From Myxococcota bacterium (GTDB lineage Bacteria > Myxococcota > Kuafuiibacteriia > Kuafuiibacteriales > Kuafuiibacteriaceae), in contig JBCCQA010000001.1 in NCBI GenBank assembly GCA_039024635.1, positions 206,484-270,483 of the forward strand: DNA of 64,000 bases, read 5' to 3'. A model generated the notes under the pieces. That model had not been told where the DNA came from. It was given only the letters and a program-made list of their open reading frames with translations, and searched no databases. A program made the position numbers and the translations under genes. Shown in pieces: positions 27,666 to 37,624 of this stretch (its first letter is position 1; the number at the start of each line of letters is the position of its first letter).

Positions 27666-29186
27666 TCAGCCGTCGTCCGACATGGCCTGAGGGCCACAGG
27701 TGGGAAGGCGGTCGACGCTTCGGACCAGAAAGAGTCCAGCTTCCCGGCCGTCACCGGGCTCCAAGAAAGCCCAGCGGTCGGCCCAAGGACTCACTGCGTC
27801 CCACTGGGAGCGTCCGAGGTCCGCCACTGGGCAGACCGATTGGGCGTCCACCCGCTCTGCGATCAGGCCGCCTTGATTGAAGAGCGGGCGCCCCCCCAAG
27901 CTCAGCTGGCGGTCCACTTCGTCCAGGAAAGGCCAGCTTGGTGGCTCCGGAAGGGCGACGAACAAACCCGACTCGTAGACGAAACTAGGGCCGCGCTCCC
28001 GGAGCAGGTAGGTTCGCCCTTCGATCTGGCGAAGGGCGCCTCCCGGAATGCTGCGTGGCTCCACCGTGAACCCACCCTCGAGGAAACGCACCAAGAGTCC
28101 GTCTTCGCCCCAGCTCCGAACCAGGATGCGGTCGTCTTCCAAGCGCGACAGTCGGACCGGGTTGGGCTCGGCGTAGGGAAGCTCGATCACGGCTAGGCTC
28201 TCCAGTCTTTCGTCGACATCTCCCAAGAGACGAAGACGCCGCACACGCCCTTCACCCTGAACCTCCTGCGGGGGGTCGGTCGGGGTGGCCTCCTCGTCCA
28301 CTACCAGAAGAGCGAGTGCCGCTCCGGCTTGGGACCAGCCCAGGCCTCGAATGGCCTGGACGCCCTGAAGCAGGGCTTCGTCGATGATCCTCGCCGTCCG
28401 CAGGCCCGGATTGAAGCGGGCTCTTTGTCCTGGGCCCCAGAGTGTGGCGCCTTGGCCGTCGGTCGTGCCCTCGAGAAATGGAAGCTCGTCCGAGTCCGCA
28501 CGAAGAGTGGTCGCCATACCGGGGCCATCCAGTGCGACGTCGTGAACTTGCCCGCCCACGATGCGCAAGACCTCTTCCGTGATGGTCACGGTGGAGCCTC
28601 CGACCAAAACGTCGACCTCCCGCTCCTGCTCGTCGACCAGGGCCCGAAGCACCAGGGCCTGTCGGCCGACCGGCAGGATGCGAGCGAATGCCACTTCATC
28701 GCTACGCTCACCTCCGACGAGCAGTCGGTTTTCGATCTCGACCCCCCGGGTCGAGCCGGGGCAGAAGCTCTCGACGTCGAGGGGAAGGCGCCGAAGCACG
28801 TTCTCGATCTCGGGACCTAGCGTGGTTTCGGTCCAGTCGCCCTTGCTGAGGGTGTAGCTGCGGGCGGACTCCGGTAGCAGAGGCCTGTCCGTTGGCTCCT
28901 GATTCAGAGTCTGGCGACCGGGTGAAAGGGCGAGCTCGGAAAGTGGACAAGAGAAGACGAGCCAGCCGAAGGAGGGAACGCGGTCGGTGGTGAAGGACGC
29001 GCGGGTGGGCGCGGGTTGTCCAGGACCGAGGGCGAAAGCAAAGACCGCAGGCTCGTTGCCCCCCTGGATGAGCAGACCCGAGCGCCCGTTCTCGGTTGGA
29101 AGGGGCGGAAGCGCGGTGACGGCTCCACAGCTCCAAAAGAAAACACTCGCGAGACCGATGAAGAGCAGCCGATGCGTCCAGGTCAC
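27666..29186 (-). CDS. Hypothetical secreted protein (~507 aa)
   Basis: A GTG start at 29186 overlaps the upstream stop codon (GTGA). The N-terminus LVTWTHRLLFIGLASVFFWSCG is a signal/lipoprotein-like peptide. No family was recognised. Confidence 0.35.
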   Translation of the reverse strand: MTWTHRLLFIGLASVFFWSCGAVTALPPLPTENGRSGLLIQGGNEPAVFAFALGPGQPAPTRASFTTDRVPSFGWLVFSCPLSELALSPGRQTLNQEPTDRPLLPESARSYTLSKGDWTETTLGPEIENVLRRLPLDVESFCPGSTRGVEIENRLLVGGERSDEVAFARILPVGRQALVLRALVDEQEREVDVLVGGSTVTITEEVLRIVGGQVHDVALDGPGMATTLRADSDELPFLEGTTDGQGATLWGPGQRARFNPGLRTARIIDEALLQGVQAIRGLGWSQAGAALALLVVDEEATPTDPPQEVQGEGRVRRLRLLGDVDERLESLAVIELPYAEPNPVRLSRLEDDRILVRSWGEDGLLVRFLEGGFTVEPRSIPGGALRQIEGRTYLLRERGPSFVYESGLFVALPEPPSWPFLDEVDRQLSLGGRPLFNQGGLIAERVDAQSVCPVADLGRSQWDAVSPWADRWAFLEPGDGREAGLFLVRSVDRLPTCGPQAMSDDG

Positions 29187-29542
29187 AAGGGTTTGTAGAC
29201 TCCCATGACGACCGCGACCAGACCCAGTCCGACCACAGTCGTGTACCACATGCCGGCAGCCTCCGCCTTGCGCTTGATGGCGACCGTTATGCCACCAAGG
29301 ACTAGCCAGACGACGAGTTTGGCAATGACCCAGCCCGGAAGCCCCAGCTCCCCGCCCTTGGCCAGCATTCCGAACCCGGCTACGAGCACCACCAAGAGGC
29401 CAGTGCCGTGACCTGCCACCAGCATGGCCCGACCACTCTTGCCGCCCAGCTTGGCCTGGATGATGACGCCACCCAGGGACAGGAACAGCAAGATCATCCC
29501 CAGCAGGTGCAGAAAGCGGTAGGTCTGGTAGCTCATGTCCAT
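29183..29542 (-). CDS. Small integral membrane protein (four predicted TM segments; SirB2/DUF-like)
   Basis: The 119-aa product is very hydrophobic (LLGMILLFLSLGGVIIQ..., LLVVLVAGFGMLA..., LVVWLVLGGITVAI..., VVGLGLVAVVMGV). Confidence 0.45.
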   Translation of the reverse strand: MDMSYQTYRFLHLLGMILLFLSLGGVIIQAKLGGKSGRAMLVAGHGTGLLVVLVAGFGMLAKGGELGLPGWVIAKLVVWLVLGGITVAIKRKAEAAGMWYTTVVGLGLVAVVMGVYKPL

Positions 29543-29589
29543 TCTCCTTCCTCCGAGGAAGAAGCGGGAGTCAAAACAAAGGCAACCGC

Positions 29590-30849
29590 TCAGGTCCGCT
29601 CCAGCAGGCGGTCGATGCGGCGGACCAGGACTTCCGGATTGAAGGGCTTCTTGACGAAATCGTCGGCGCCGAGCTGAAAGGCCTCCATCACTGTTTCGTC
29701 CTGGTGGCTCGAGGACAGGATGATCCGCTTGGTCGGATGACCGGCCCTGCGGAGCTGGCGCAAGATATCGAGGCCCGAAAAGAAGGGCATGTTGATGTCG
29801 AGGATCAGCAGGTCATAGCTACGCTCGGCAAGCAGCGCCGTGGCTTCTCGCCCGTCTTGGGCCTCGATCATCTTGAAGCCGTGACGGCCCAGATGGTGAC
29901 TCAGGATTCGACGGATGACGTGGTCGTCTTCCGCCACCAAAACCGTTCGTTCCTTGGTCTTTACGGAGAGGTCCTGGCTGATCCGAGTGGTGCCCATCAG
30001 GCGGGCGAAGAGCCGACGGAGCTGCGCATCGGGCACGGGCAGCTCCAGGGCGGTGCCTTCTTCGGTCACCAGTCGCCGGGCCTGACCGTCCCGATGAACT
30101 CTGACCCTAGGTGTCCCGTTGCGGGTGAGGATGTGTTGGTTAGGATGGTCGTCGAAGGCCCCGTCGATGATGAGGAGGTCCGGAAGCACGAGGTGCCAGA
30201 CCGTCATGAGCTCGGGGATGCTGTCGAAGCTCTGCACCTGGTAGCCCGCATCGCTGAGCGGCGCAGCGAGAATGTCCCGCATGCGGTGGTCAGGACTGGC
30301 CATGAAGATGCGGAGGGTTCCCGGGTCGACGTCCTCGTGATCCAAGGGTCCGGTCGGGGTCTCGTGCAGTGGCGGTTCTCGCTGAGCCCGGGAAAGGTCT
30401 TCGGCGTAGCGCCGAATGACGTCGCTCTGTGTCAGGATGCCGACCAGTCGCTCCTTGTCCACCACGGGCAGGGCCCCCACCCGGCAGCTCAGCATTACTG
30501 CGATGGCGTTCATGAGGGGTGAGCGCGCGCCGATGGTCAGCGGATCTCGGGTCATGATGTCGGCGATTCGGGTTTGGCGGGCGAACTCGTCGAAGTAGCT
30601 GCGGGACCGGGTCCGGTCGGGAAGAGCAGCTTTGAGGTCTCTATCCGAGACGATTCCCACCAGCTTGCCGTGGTCATCCACGACAGGCAGGTGTCGAAAA
30701 CGCTCCTGAACCATGAGGTCGAGAGCGTCCAAGAGCGGGGTCTCCATCGCCACCGCGCTGGGCGAAGGCGTCATCAGCTCTTGGACTTCGAGCACGTGAT
30801 CAAAGTCTCCCGAGTCGGACTTGAGGGGCAAGTGCATGCGTCCTGTCAT
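29590..30849 (-). CDS. CBS-pair domain protein fused to two receiver (REC) domains
   Basis: Two N-terminal CBS motifs are present (VVDDHGKLVGIVSDRDL, LPVVDKERLVGILTQSDV). A central REC-like segment includes DLLIIDGAF, and a canonical C-terminal REC carries VLVAEDD, DLLILDINMP and QLGADDFVKKP. Confidence 0.7.
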   Translation of the reverse strand: MTGRMHLPLKSDSGDFDHVLEVQELMTPSPSAVAMETPLLDALDLMVQERFRHLPVVDDHGKLVGIVSDRDLKAALPDRTRSRSYFDEFARQTRIADIMTRDPLTIGARSPLMNAIAVMLSCRVGALPVVDKERLVGILTQSDVIRRYAEDLSRAQREPPLHETPTGPLDHEDVDPGTLRIFMASPDHRMRDILAAPLSDAGYQVQSFDSIPELMTVWHLVLPDLLIIDGAFDDHPNQHILTRNGTPRVRVHRDGQARRLVTEEGTALELPVPDAQLRRLFARLMGTTRISQDLSVKTKERTVLVAEDDHVIRRILSHHLGRHGFKMIEAQDGREATALLAERSYDLLILDINMPFFSGLDILRQLRRAGHPTKRIILSSSHQDETVMEAFQLGADDFVKKPFNPEVLVRRIDRLLERT

Positions 30850-30894
30850 CGGACGCCTGTGACCAGTGTCGAGTCCTCGGCGCAGGAATCGCGG

Positions 30895-31914
30895 TCAGGC
30901 GTAGCGTCGCCGGATGTTCGGGAGCAGGTACTCGCTGAAGGCGCGATCGAGGTCATGGGCCGGCGAAAGCCCCCAGTCTCGTCGCGCCCGATCGTCGTCG
31001 ACCTGACCTGGCCAGCTGTCGATGATCTGCTGCCGCTTGGCGTCAGGTGCGAAGCTGATGTCGGCGGCCGGCATCGCATGGCGGACCAGGTCAGCAAGCT
31101 CGAGAGCGGTCGGTGAGAAGGCGGAGATGTTGTAGACCTCGGTGCTCAGCCTCTCCCGAGGGGCCTCCATGAGCCTCAGGAGCGCGTCGATGGCGTCGGG
31201 CATGGCCATGAATGGAATGCGGGCATCCTCCCTGACGAAGCAGGCGTAGGGCTCCTTCTTGGCCGCTGCGTGGAGCATCTCGGGGGCGTAGTCGCTCGTG
31301 CCGCCATGGGGCACGGTGAAGGCGCTGATGAGTCCCGGAAAGCGAATGGAGCGGAAGTCCACCCCGGCCAGCTCGGGTTCGGCCGACAGCTGTCGGTAAT
31401 GGTGGGCGTAATAGCGACCCAAGTGCTCACAGTACAGCTTGTTGCAGCCGTACATGGTGGTGGGCATCAGGTGGGCATCTTCGGGCACCCGGCCCACAGC
31501 CTCCTTGGTCGCTCGGTCGGGAAGTCCGTACACCGCGATCGAGCTTGGAAAGAGAAAGCGGACCGGAGCGCCGTGCCATCGAGATTGCTCCACCGCCAGC
31601 TTGAGGAGGTTGAGGGTCCCCTTGACGTTCACCTCGTGGGCCGTTTCTGGCGTGAACTCGGCGCGAGTGGAAAGCAAGGCCGCCAGGTGAAAGATGGCGT
31701 GGATCTCGAACTCGCTGACGAGTCGGTCGAGGAGCCTTTGATCGAGAACGTCACCCACGATGCGGGCGTGACAGCGAGAGGCTACGGGCTCGGCGAGCTC
31801 CCGGATGTCCAAACCGAGCAGATCGTACTCCGACTTGTCGGACATTCGTTCGATGAGACCCGTACCCATCTCGCCGCCGGCGCCGGTGACGAGCACGGCC
31901 TTGCGACGCGCCAT
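30895..31914 (-). CDS. NAD-dependent epimerase/dehydratase family protein (L-threonine 3-dehydrogenase-like extended SDR)
   Basis: It has the Rossmann motif VLVTGAGGEMGTGL, the catalytic YGCNK (YxxxK) motif and a length of 339 aa. Confidence 0.65.
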   Translation of the reverse strand: MARRKAVLVTGAGGEMGTGLIERMSDKSEYDLLGLDIRELAEPVASRCHARIVGDVLDQRLLDRLVSEFEIHAIFHLAALLSTRAEFTPETAHEVNVKGTLNLLKLAVEQSRWHGAPVRFLFPSSIAVYGLPDRATKEAVGRVPEDAHLMPTTMYGCNKLYCEHLGRYYAHHYRQLSAEPELAGVDFRSIRFPGLISAFTVPHGGTSDYAPEMLHAAAKKEPYACFVREDARIPFMAMPDAIDALLRLMEAPRERLSTEVYNISAFSPTALELADLVRHAMPAADISFAPDAKRQQIIDSWPGQVDDDRARRDWGLSPAHDLDRAFSEYLLPNIRRRYA

Positions 31915-32012
31915 CCGGTGCCTGTGGACTCGCCGGCCTCGTCCGTCAAGCGCCGCAACGAAGTCGCTTTGTCCTTGGGCCTGCGAGGGGTGGACCCGAC
32001 CATCCCGAGTCG

Positions 32013-33506
32013 ATGGAGGCGCCGACCGAACGGTACGACGTCATCGTTGTGGGCGCGGGCTTCGGTGGCCTTGGCGCGGCCCTGACCGCGGCGGAACGAG
32101 GAGCCCGGGTTCTGCTTCTGGAGTCCTTGAACTACCCCGGTGGCTGCGCTTCCACGTTTCAGCGCTCTGGCTATGCCTTCGAAGCCGGCGCGACGCTGTT
32201 CTCTGGCTTTGGGCCAGGTCAGCTCTTCCACGACTGGATGGAGCGGCACGGCATGAGCGTCAGCATCGATTTCATGGATCCGGTCGTCCATTTTCGGACG
32301 CCGAGTTGGTCGTTGGACGTCAGCCGCAACCGGACCGACTTCTTCCGGTCTTTGGCCAGCTTGCCCGACACTCCGATGGAGTCCATCGTCCAGCTGGAGA
32401 GGGCCCAACGGCAGGTCGCGGACGTTCTGTGGGAGCTCTTGGACAATCCCGATGAGCTCCCGCCCATGAAGCCCAGCGCCCTGCTTGCTCATCTGCGGCG
32501 TTCGCCTCGCTACCTGATGCTCCTTCCCTATCTCGGTCGAAGCTTGGGCGCTTGCCTACAGGCGTGGGGCGTGCCCGAGACATCGGGCCTCCGGACCTAT
32601 CTCAACGCCCTGTGCCAGATCACCATTCAGTGCTCGGCCGAAGAAGCCGAGTCGACCTTCGCCCTCGGCACCATGGACTACTATTTCCGGGGGACCGGGC
32701 ACGTGCGAGGCGGGATCGGTCGGCTGGCCTGGGCCTTCGTCGAGACCATTCAGGGACTCGGCCAAGACGTGCTGCTCGCTCATCGCGTGAAATGCATACG
32801 TCGAGAGGAAGGGGAGTGGGTCGTCGAGGCTCGAGGTCGCCGCTTCCGCGGCGCGAAGCTGTTGGCCAACCTGTTGCCCGCCGACCTGGAACGACTTCGA
32901 AACGACGTGCCCGACACGCGGATGGAGGCGCTTCAACAGCGCGTCGAAGCGGGCTGGGGAGCGGCCATGCTCTACTGGGTCGTCGAGCCCCCTCCTTCTT
33001 CGAGCGAGGGGGGGCCTCGCCACTACGAGCTCGTCCAGGACGAGGCGCTTCCCCTGACCGATGGGAACCATCTCTTCGTATCGATCAGCGGGGAAGAAGA
33101 CGAAGGCCGAGCGCCTGAGGGGCTTCGAACTGTCACCACCTCCACCCACGTCCACATGGCTCGGCTCCAGGAGGAGGGAGGCCGCTATGTGGCCGAGGTT
33201 CAAGAGCGGATGCGACAGGGCTTGGGCGCCCTTCTTCCGGATTGGTGGCAGCGACGACGATTCGAGATGACGGCTTCGCCTCGGACCTTCCAGCGCTTCA
33301 CGGGGCGCAGCCAAGGCTTCGTCGGCGGGATTCCCCGACGCCGCAGCCTCCAGCACTACTCGGGCGTGTTCCCGAGACCGGTCGAAGACGGGCTCTACCT
33401 GGTCGGTGACTCGGTCTTCCCGGGGCAGAGCACCTTGGCCACCGCCATCGGCGGCCGTCGGACGGCCCGGGCGGCACTCTCCAAGGCCTGGCTCTTCAGT
33501 CGCTGA
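32013..33506 (+). CDS. FAD/NAD(P)-dependent oxidoreductase (phytoene desaturase CrtI / amine oxidase-like)
   Basis: The N-terminal dinucleotide motif YDVIVVGAGFGGLGAALTAAERGARVLLLE and a C-terminal GDSVFPGQSTLATAIGG motif are typical of the CrtI/NAD(P)-binding superfamily. Confidence 0.7.
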   Translation: MEAPTERYDVIVVGAGFGGLGAALTAAERGARVLLLESLNYPGGCASTFQRSGYAFEAGATLFSGFGPGQLFHDWMERHGMSVSIDFMDPVVHFRTPSWSLDVSRNRTDFFRSLASLPDTPMESIVQLERAQRQVADVLWELLDNPDELPPMKPSALLAHLRRSPRYLMLLPYLGRSLGACLQAWGVPETSGLRTYLNALCQITIQCSAEEAESTFALGTMDYYFRGTGHVRGGIGRLAWAFVETIQGLGQDVLLAHRVKCIRREEGEWVVEARGRRFRGAKLLANLLPADLERLRNDVPDTRMEALQQRVEAGWGAAMLYWVVEPPPSSSEGGPRHYELVQDEALPLTDGNHLFVSISGEEDEGRAPEGLRTVTTSTHVHMARLQEEGGRYVAEVQERMRQGLGALLPDWWQRRRFEMTASPRTFQRFTGRSQGFVGGIPRRRSLQHYSGVFPRPVEDGLYLVGDSVFPGQSTLATAIGGRRTARAALSKAWLFSR

Positions 33507-33518
33507 GAGCTGGTGTCC

Positions 33519-33956
33519 TCAGGACACTGGAGGCCTGCTCAGGCACCACAACATCAGGCCGCTCCGCAGGGTCCAGCTCAGGGTTCGAAGCCAATTTCCG
33601 GCCACGAGCTCAGTGTGGGCTCTGGGGTCGAAGGCGCCGGCCAAGAGGCCGTGCCGGGGGATGCTGTGAAAGAAGGTCACGGCCCAGATCAGACTCACCA
33701 GAGCCAGACCCAGCCAGGCAGCCCAGCCGGCGAGGGGGCGTGGCGGCTGAACGGCGAAGAGGGCCGCCGTTCCCGCCTCCATGCACATGAGGGGCAAGAC
33801 GATCCAAGTGATCAGCCGGGTGTGGGCCTCGTGATAACTCGCGAAGGCTTCGGGCCCCACCTGCGCAAAGAGTGGGTAGTGAACGACCTGGACCATCCAG
33901 ATCACGCCCGTCATGGCGAAGGTCGCGAAGACGTGAGCCAGAAGGAGGGGAGGCAT
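33519..33956 (-). CDS. Small polytopic membrane protein (DUF1772 / anthrone-oxygenase-like)
   Basis: The 145-aa product is the C-terminal frame of a longer artefactual ORF. It has four hydrophobic helices, and its ATG overlaps the upstream SDR stop (TGATG). Confidence 0.4.
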   Translation of the reverse strand: MPPLLLAHVFATFAMTGVIWMVQVVHYPLFAQVGPEAFASYHEAHTRLITWIVLPLMCMEAGTAALFAVQPPRPLAGWAAWLGLALVSLIWAVTFFHSIPRHGLLAGAFDPRAHTELVAGNWLRTLSWTLRSGLMLWCLSRPPVS

Positions 33957-34705
33957 CACTTCTGAACTTTCAGGGTGGACAGGCCGCCGTCCACCCCGAA
34001 GATCTGACCGCTCACCCAGCTCTGGCTGGGTTGAAGCAGCCAGTCGATCATCGAAGCGACGTCGTCCGCCGTCCCCAGGCGCTGCAGAGGATGCATGGTC
34101 AGGGAGGCGTTGCGAGACATCTCGTTGCTCGTGATGGACTCGGCGAGCTTGGTCTCCACGAGTCCTGGCGCCACTACGTTGAAGCGGACGCCGTAGCGGC
34201 TGTAGGTAGCCGCGGCCGAAAGCGCCAGTCCCTGCACACCGGCCTTCGCGGCCGAGATGCTCTCGTGATTGGGCAAACCCACTCGGGCCGCCGCGCTCGA
34301 CAGGAGCACCACCGAGCCTCCGGTCTTGCGAAGGACTTTGGCCGCCCCGCGAACGGTGCCGAATGCCGAGAAGAGATTCGTTCGTAGGACCTCTTCGAAC
34401 TCTTCGTCTTTTGTCATGTGGGCCGCCTTGAGCATGATCGAGCCCACCAGATTCACGACGCCGTCCAGACCATCGTGACGCCTCGCCGCCGCCTGCACCC
34501 CCGCTTCGACCGCACTCGGGTCCCGCGCGTCGAAGATGATGGGTGCAGCGTCGAAGCGCTGACCGGCCTGCCGGAGACGCTCTCCGTCCCGGCCCGCCAA
34601 GAGCACCCGGTGGCCGCCCGCCTGTAGTCGAGCCGCTAGGGCCTGGCCGATGTCGCCCCCCCCGCCGATGAGGAGGTACCGACCTGCTTCTGATTTTGAC
34701 ATGGA
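33956..34705 (-). CDS. Short-chain dehydrogenase/reductase (classical SDR)
   Basis: The start is at MSKSEAGRYLLIGGGGDIGQALA (Rossmann). The catalytic SAAKAGVQGL (YxxxK-like with S...K) and the NVVAPGLVET region are present. Confidence 0.75.
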   Translation of the reverse strand, partial: SMSKSEAGRYLLIGGGGDIGQALAARLQAGGHRVLLAGRDGERLRQAGQRFDAAPIIFDARDPSAVEAGVQAAARRHDGLDGVVNLVGSIMLKAAHMTKDEEFEEVLRTNLFSAFGTVRGAAKVLRKTGGSVVLLSSAAARVGLPNHESISAAKAGVQGLALSAAATYSRYGVRFNVVAPGLVETKLAESITSNEMSRNASLTMHPLQRLGTADDVASMIDWLLQPSQSWVSGQIFGVDGGLSTLKVQK

Positions 34706-35044
34706 CAAAGCCTGGACGGGGTCGGCGGCCGCTCCAAGTCCTTTCGCCCTCGGACGTCTGCCCTCGCCTAGTGTACCGATCACAGAGTTCAGATCGCTTC
34801 CCGCCGGCCCTCGACACCCTGCCGGCCCAGCGGCCTACGGCCGCCCTTTCGGGCTTCTCAGTCCCTGGGGCCCACCCAACTCCCCCCGAAGCTGGTCCAC
34901 CAGGACGGCCGATGACTCGACGGGAAGCTGATCGAACTTCATGACCGGCACCCTAGGATGGGAAGAAGACCCGTCAAATCTCTGATGAGAGGAACTGAAA
35001 AGGGTGGGGACGCCATTGGCCTGCCTCTTGAACAGACCTGGACC

Positions 35045-35644
35045 ATGCGTCGTGCCGAACTCCTGTGCCTGTTCCTCTTGGCCTGTGCCAGCGAGCCGAG
35101 TGGTGGGCTGAATGGCGCGCGCTCAGGCGTGGATCTGGGAGCGGGCCCCGACGCCGGTTTCGTTCTGAGTGGAGACCTGGGGACGCAGACGGACCTTGGA
35201 TCGACGTCGGACGTGGGTTCTTCGGAGTGCACAGGCCTCGACCTCGATGCCTGCGAAGACCGAGCCGATTGCCAGGTTCATGGATGTAACGGCTGCGATG
35301 GGCCTCTGTTCGAGATCTGCATCGAGGTGGGCGACCGTCCCCCCCTGCCTTGCCCGCTCTTGCCCTGCTTTCAGGACCCTTGCCAGGTCATCCTCGAGCC
35401 GGAGGCCTGCTTGGACGCTTCGTGCACCCCCTTTCATCTAATGGTCCCGTGTGACTGCGGCCTCAGCCCCGACTGTTTGTGCCCCGAGTTCTTGGGGTGC
35501 TCGTCCCAGCAACCACTCTGCGACGGCGCAATGTGCGACCTCGATGCACCGCCCTGCCCAGAGGGCATGGTCCCGGTGGTGGCCGACGGCTGCTACGACG
35601 GTCGCTGCGTCCCCCCGCAAGCCTGCCCGTCTGACGCGGGCTAG
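35045..35644 (+). CDS. Cys-rich secreted lipoprotein
   Basis: The lipobox is LFLLAC. About 24 Cys occur in ~180 mature residues in CxxC / CDC patterns. No family was assigned. Confidence 0.4.
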   Translation: MRRAELLCLFLLACASEPSGGLNGARSGVDLGAGPDAGFVLSGDLGTQTDLGSTSDVGSSECTGLDLDACEDRADCQVHGCNGCDGPLFEICIEVGDRPPLPCPLLPCFQDPCQVILEPEACLDASCTPFHLMVPCDCGLSPDCLCPEFLGCSSQQPLCDGAMCDLDAPPCPEGMVPVVADGCYDGRCVPPQACPSDAG

Positions 35645-35652
35645 CTCGCACA

Positions 35653-37578
35653 CTAGGGGCGGCTGCTGGTATCGGTCTGGAGCTTCTTCAAGGATCGGTC
35701 CAGAGCGTCCTCAGTGGGCGGATCCAGACCGTCTTCTGGAGCTTCGCCTTCGTCGGTCTCGGATTGAGAGGGCTTGGTCTCGTTTTGAGAAGGACCCGCA
35801 GACGTTGGATCCGTCGTAACTGTTGAGTCCTCTTCGGGTGTCTCGTTTTGAGGTGAAGAGGCTTCGCTCGGTGCGGTCACTGGCTCGTTTTGAGCCGCTT
35901 GATCGGCGGCTCCGGCCTCTTCCTTCTCATTTCGAGCGGATCCGTCTCGTTTTGGGATCTCTGCGCCCAGGCGGGCGACGGTCGCCATGAGCTCGGCCTG
36001 GATTCGGCGCATCGCTGCCGGATCTGCCCCTGTGGGGTCTCGGTACCAGGCCCCCCAGCGGAAGGCGGCCCGCCTCGCCTGGGCTTCGACATCGGACCAA
36101 GCGACCTCTTGGGCGGTGATCTCGGCCGTGAGGGCCTGGTCCAGAGACTCGAAGAGGGCCCGGCTATCGGTCGTCCCCTCGGTCGACGGAGGAGGCTGGG
36201 AGGGTGGCTTGTCGATTCGGTCAGCGGTTGGGGTAGTTTTGGCGTTGGGGTCGGGCGGGTCCGTCGCTGCTGCCGCGGCCTTTGGCCTGGGTTTCGGCTT
36301 GGGTGCAGGCTTTGGCTGGGCCCGCTCTGCCTTGGGCTTCTTGGGTGGCTCGCCTTCGAGAGCGGAGGCCTGGCTCCCGTTCACGGGCTCGACCTTTGGA
36401 CCCGGCAAGACCCGGTCCCAGCCAAAGCGCAGCGCGAGCACGGTGGCCAGCACGACGGCGCCACTCGCCCACCACCAAGTCGCGCCCGCGGATGGTCGAG
36501 CGGGGGGGCTCGGCGCCTTCGGAACCTCGATCTCGTTCGGCTCCCCGAAAGTGAGCTCGGGACCGTCGTCAGCATCCGAGAATTGAAGGGGCGACTGACG
36601 ATCGACCCGGGTGTCTCGGCTCGAACTGGGTCCGAGGTCGAGACTGCGTCCCAACAGGCCGGTTTCGTCGATGGCGCGCATCAAGGCCAGAGCGTTGGGG
36701 AGACGCCGCTTGGGGTCCTTCTCCAGCAGCCTCATCACGATGGGCGTCAGGCCACCGTACTCCAAAAGGGGACGACTAGGCTCGCTGCTCACGTGCTGGT
36801 GGGCGAGCTCCCTTACGTCACCTCGAAAGGGGACCTCGCCAGTCAGAAGCAGATACATGAGGACGCCCAGGGCGTAGAGATCGGCCGTCGCCTTCACCTC
36901 GCCCCCGGTGATCTGCTCGGGGGACATGTAGGCCGGGGTTCCGAAGAACATCCCTTCTTGGGTCAGCTGCGTGTGCTGGCCCGGGTCGGGCTCCATGATG
37001 CCCACCAAGCCGAAGTCCAAGATCTTGATCTGCTCCCCGTCCTTACCGGGGTCGGGCACCAGCATGATGTTCTGGGGCTTCAGGTCTCGGTGCACGAAGC
37101 CCTTTCGATGGGCGATGGCGAGTCCCGATGCGATCTGAAGGGTCCACTCGGCTACTGTTCCGGGAGGAATCGGGCCCCGCTCCCGGGAACGGGTCCACAG
37201 GGACTCACCCTCTAGGAGCTCCATGACCATGTATGGGACACCGTGCTCGGTGCTCCCGAAGTCGCTGACGGCGACGATGTTGGGGTGGTTCAGTCGGCTC
37301 AGTACCTTCGCCTCCCGGTGGAAGCGTTTGGCCAGCATCTGGTCCGAAGCCATCTGGCCGTGAAGCGCCTTGAAGGCGAAGTGCTTCTCGAGCCGGGTGT
37401 GAAGGGCCCGGTAGACCATCGCCATGCCCCCGGACCCGATGACGTCTACGATTCGGTATCGGTCGATGAGTCGGTCGATGAGGGGAAGAGGGTCAAGTGT
37501 GCCGAGGGGCGTACCGTCTAGCCCGCAGAACTCCTGGGACCTCGTATAGGTGGAGCCACAGAGGGAGCAGACCAGCAC
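35653..37578 (-). CDS. Serine/threonine protein kinase (Hanks-type) with N-terminal zinc-ribbon, TM anchor and Pro/Ala-rich C-terminal region
   Basis: The kinase motifs GSGGMAMVY, AFKAL (VAIK equivalent), HRDLKPQNIML, DFGLV and TPAYMSPEQ are all present, preceded by an N-terminal CSLCG...C zinc ribbon. Confidence 0.9.
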   Translation of the reverse strand: MLVCSLCGSTYTRSQEFCGLDGTPLGTLDPLPLIDRLIDRYRIVDVIGSGGMAMVYRALHTRLEKHFAFKALHGQMASDQMLAKRFHREAKVLSRLNHPNIVAVSDFGSTEHGVPYMVMELLEGESLWTRSRERGPIPPGTVAEWTLQIASGLAIAHRKGFVHRDLKPQNIMLVPDPGKDGEQIKILDFGLVGIMEPDPGQHTQLTQEGMFFGTPAYMSPEQITGGEVKATADLYALGVLMYLLLTGEVPFRGDVRELAHQHVSSEPSRPLLEYGGLTPIVMRLLEKDPKRRLPNALALMRAIDETGLLGRSLDLGPSSSRDTRVDRQSPLQFSDADDGPELTFGEPNEIEVPKAPSPPARPSAGATWWWASGAVVLATVLALRFGWDRVLPGPKVEPVNGSQASALEGEPPKKPKAERAQPKPAPKPKPRPKAAAAATDPPDPNAKTTPTADRIDKPPSQPPPSTEGTTDSRALFESLDQALTAEITAQEVAWSDVEAQARRAAFRWGAWYRDPTGADPAAMRRIQAELMATVARLGAEIPKRDGSARNEKEEAGAADQAAQNEPVTAPSEASSPQNETPEEDSTVTTDPTSAGPSQNETKPSQSETDEGEAPEDGLDPPTEDALDRSLKKLQTDTSSRP

Positions 37579-37624
37579 CTGGGGAGGGGTAGCACAGCAT
37601 CTTCGGTGAAGTGCAGCCTGGAGA

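Noticed and set aside
33519-34817. 432-aa minus ORF listed as one protein
   Set aside because: Only its C-terminal 145 aa (a DUF1772-like membrane protein) is plausible. The N-terminal 287 aa are an Arg/Gly-rich out-of-frame read across the real SDR gene, which lies in a different frame at 33956-34705.
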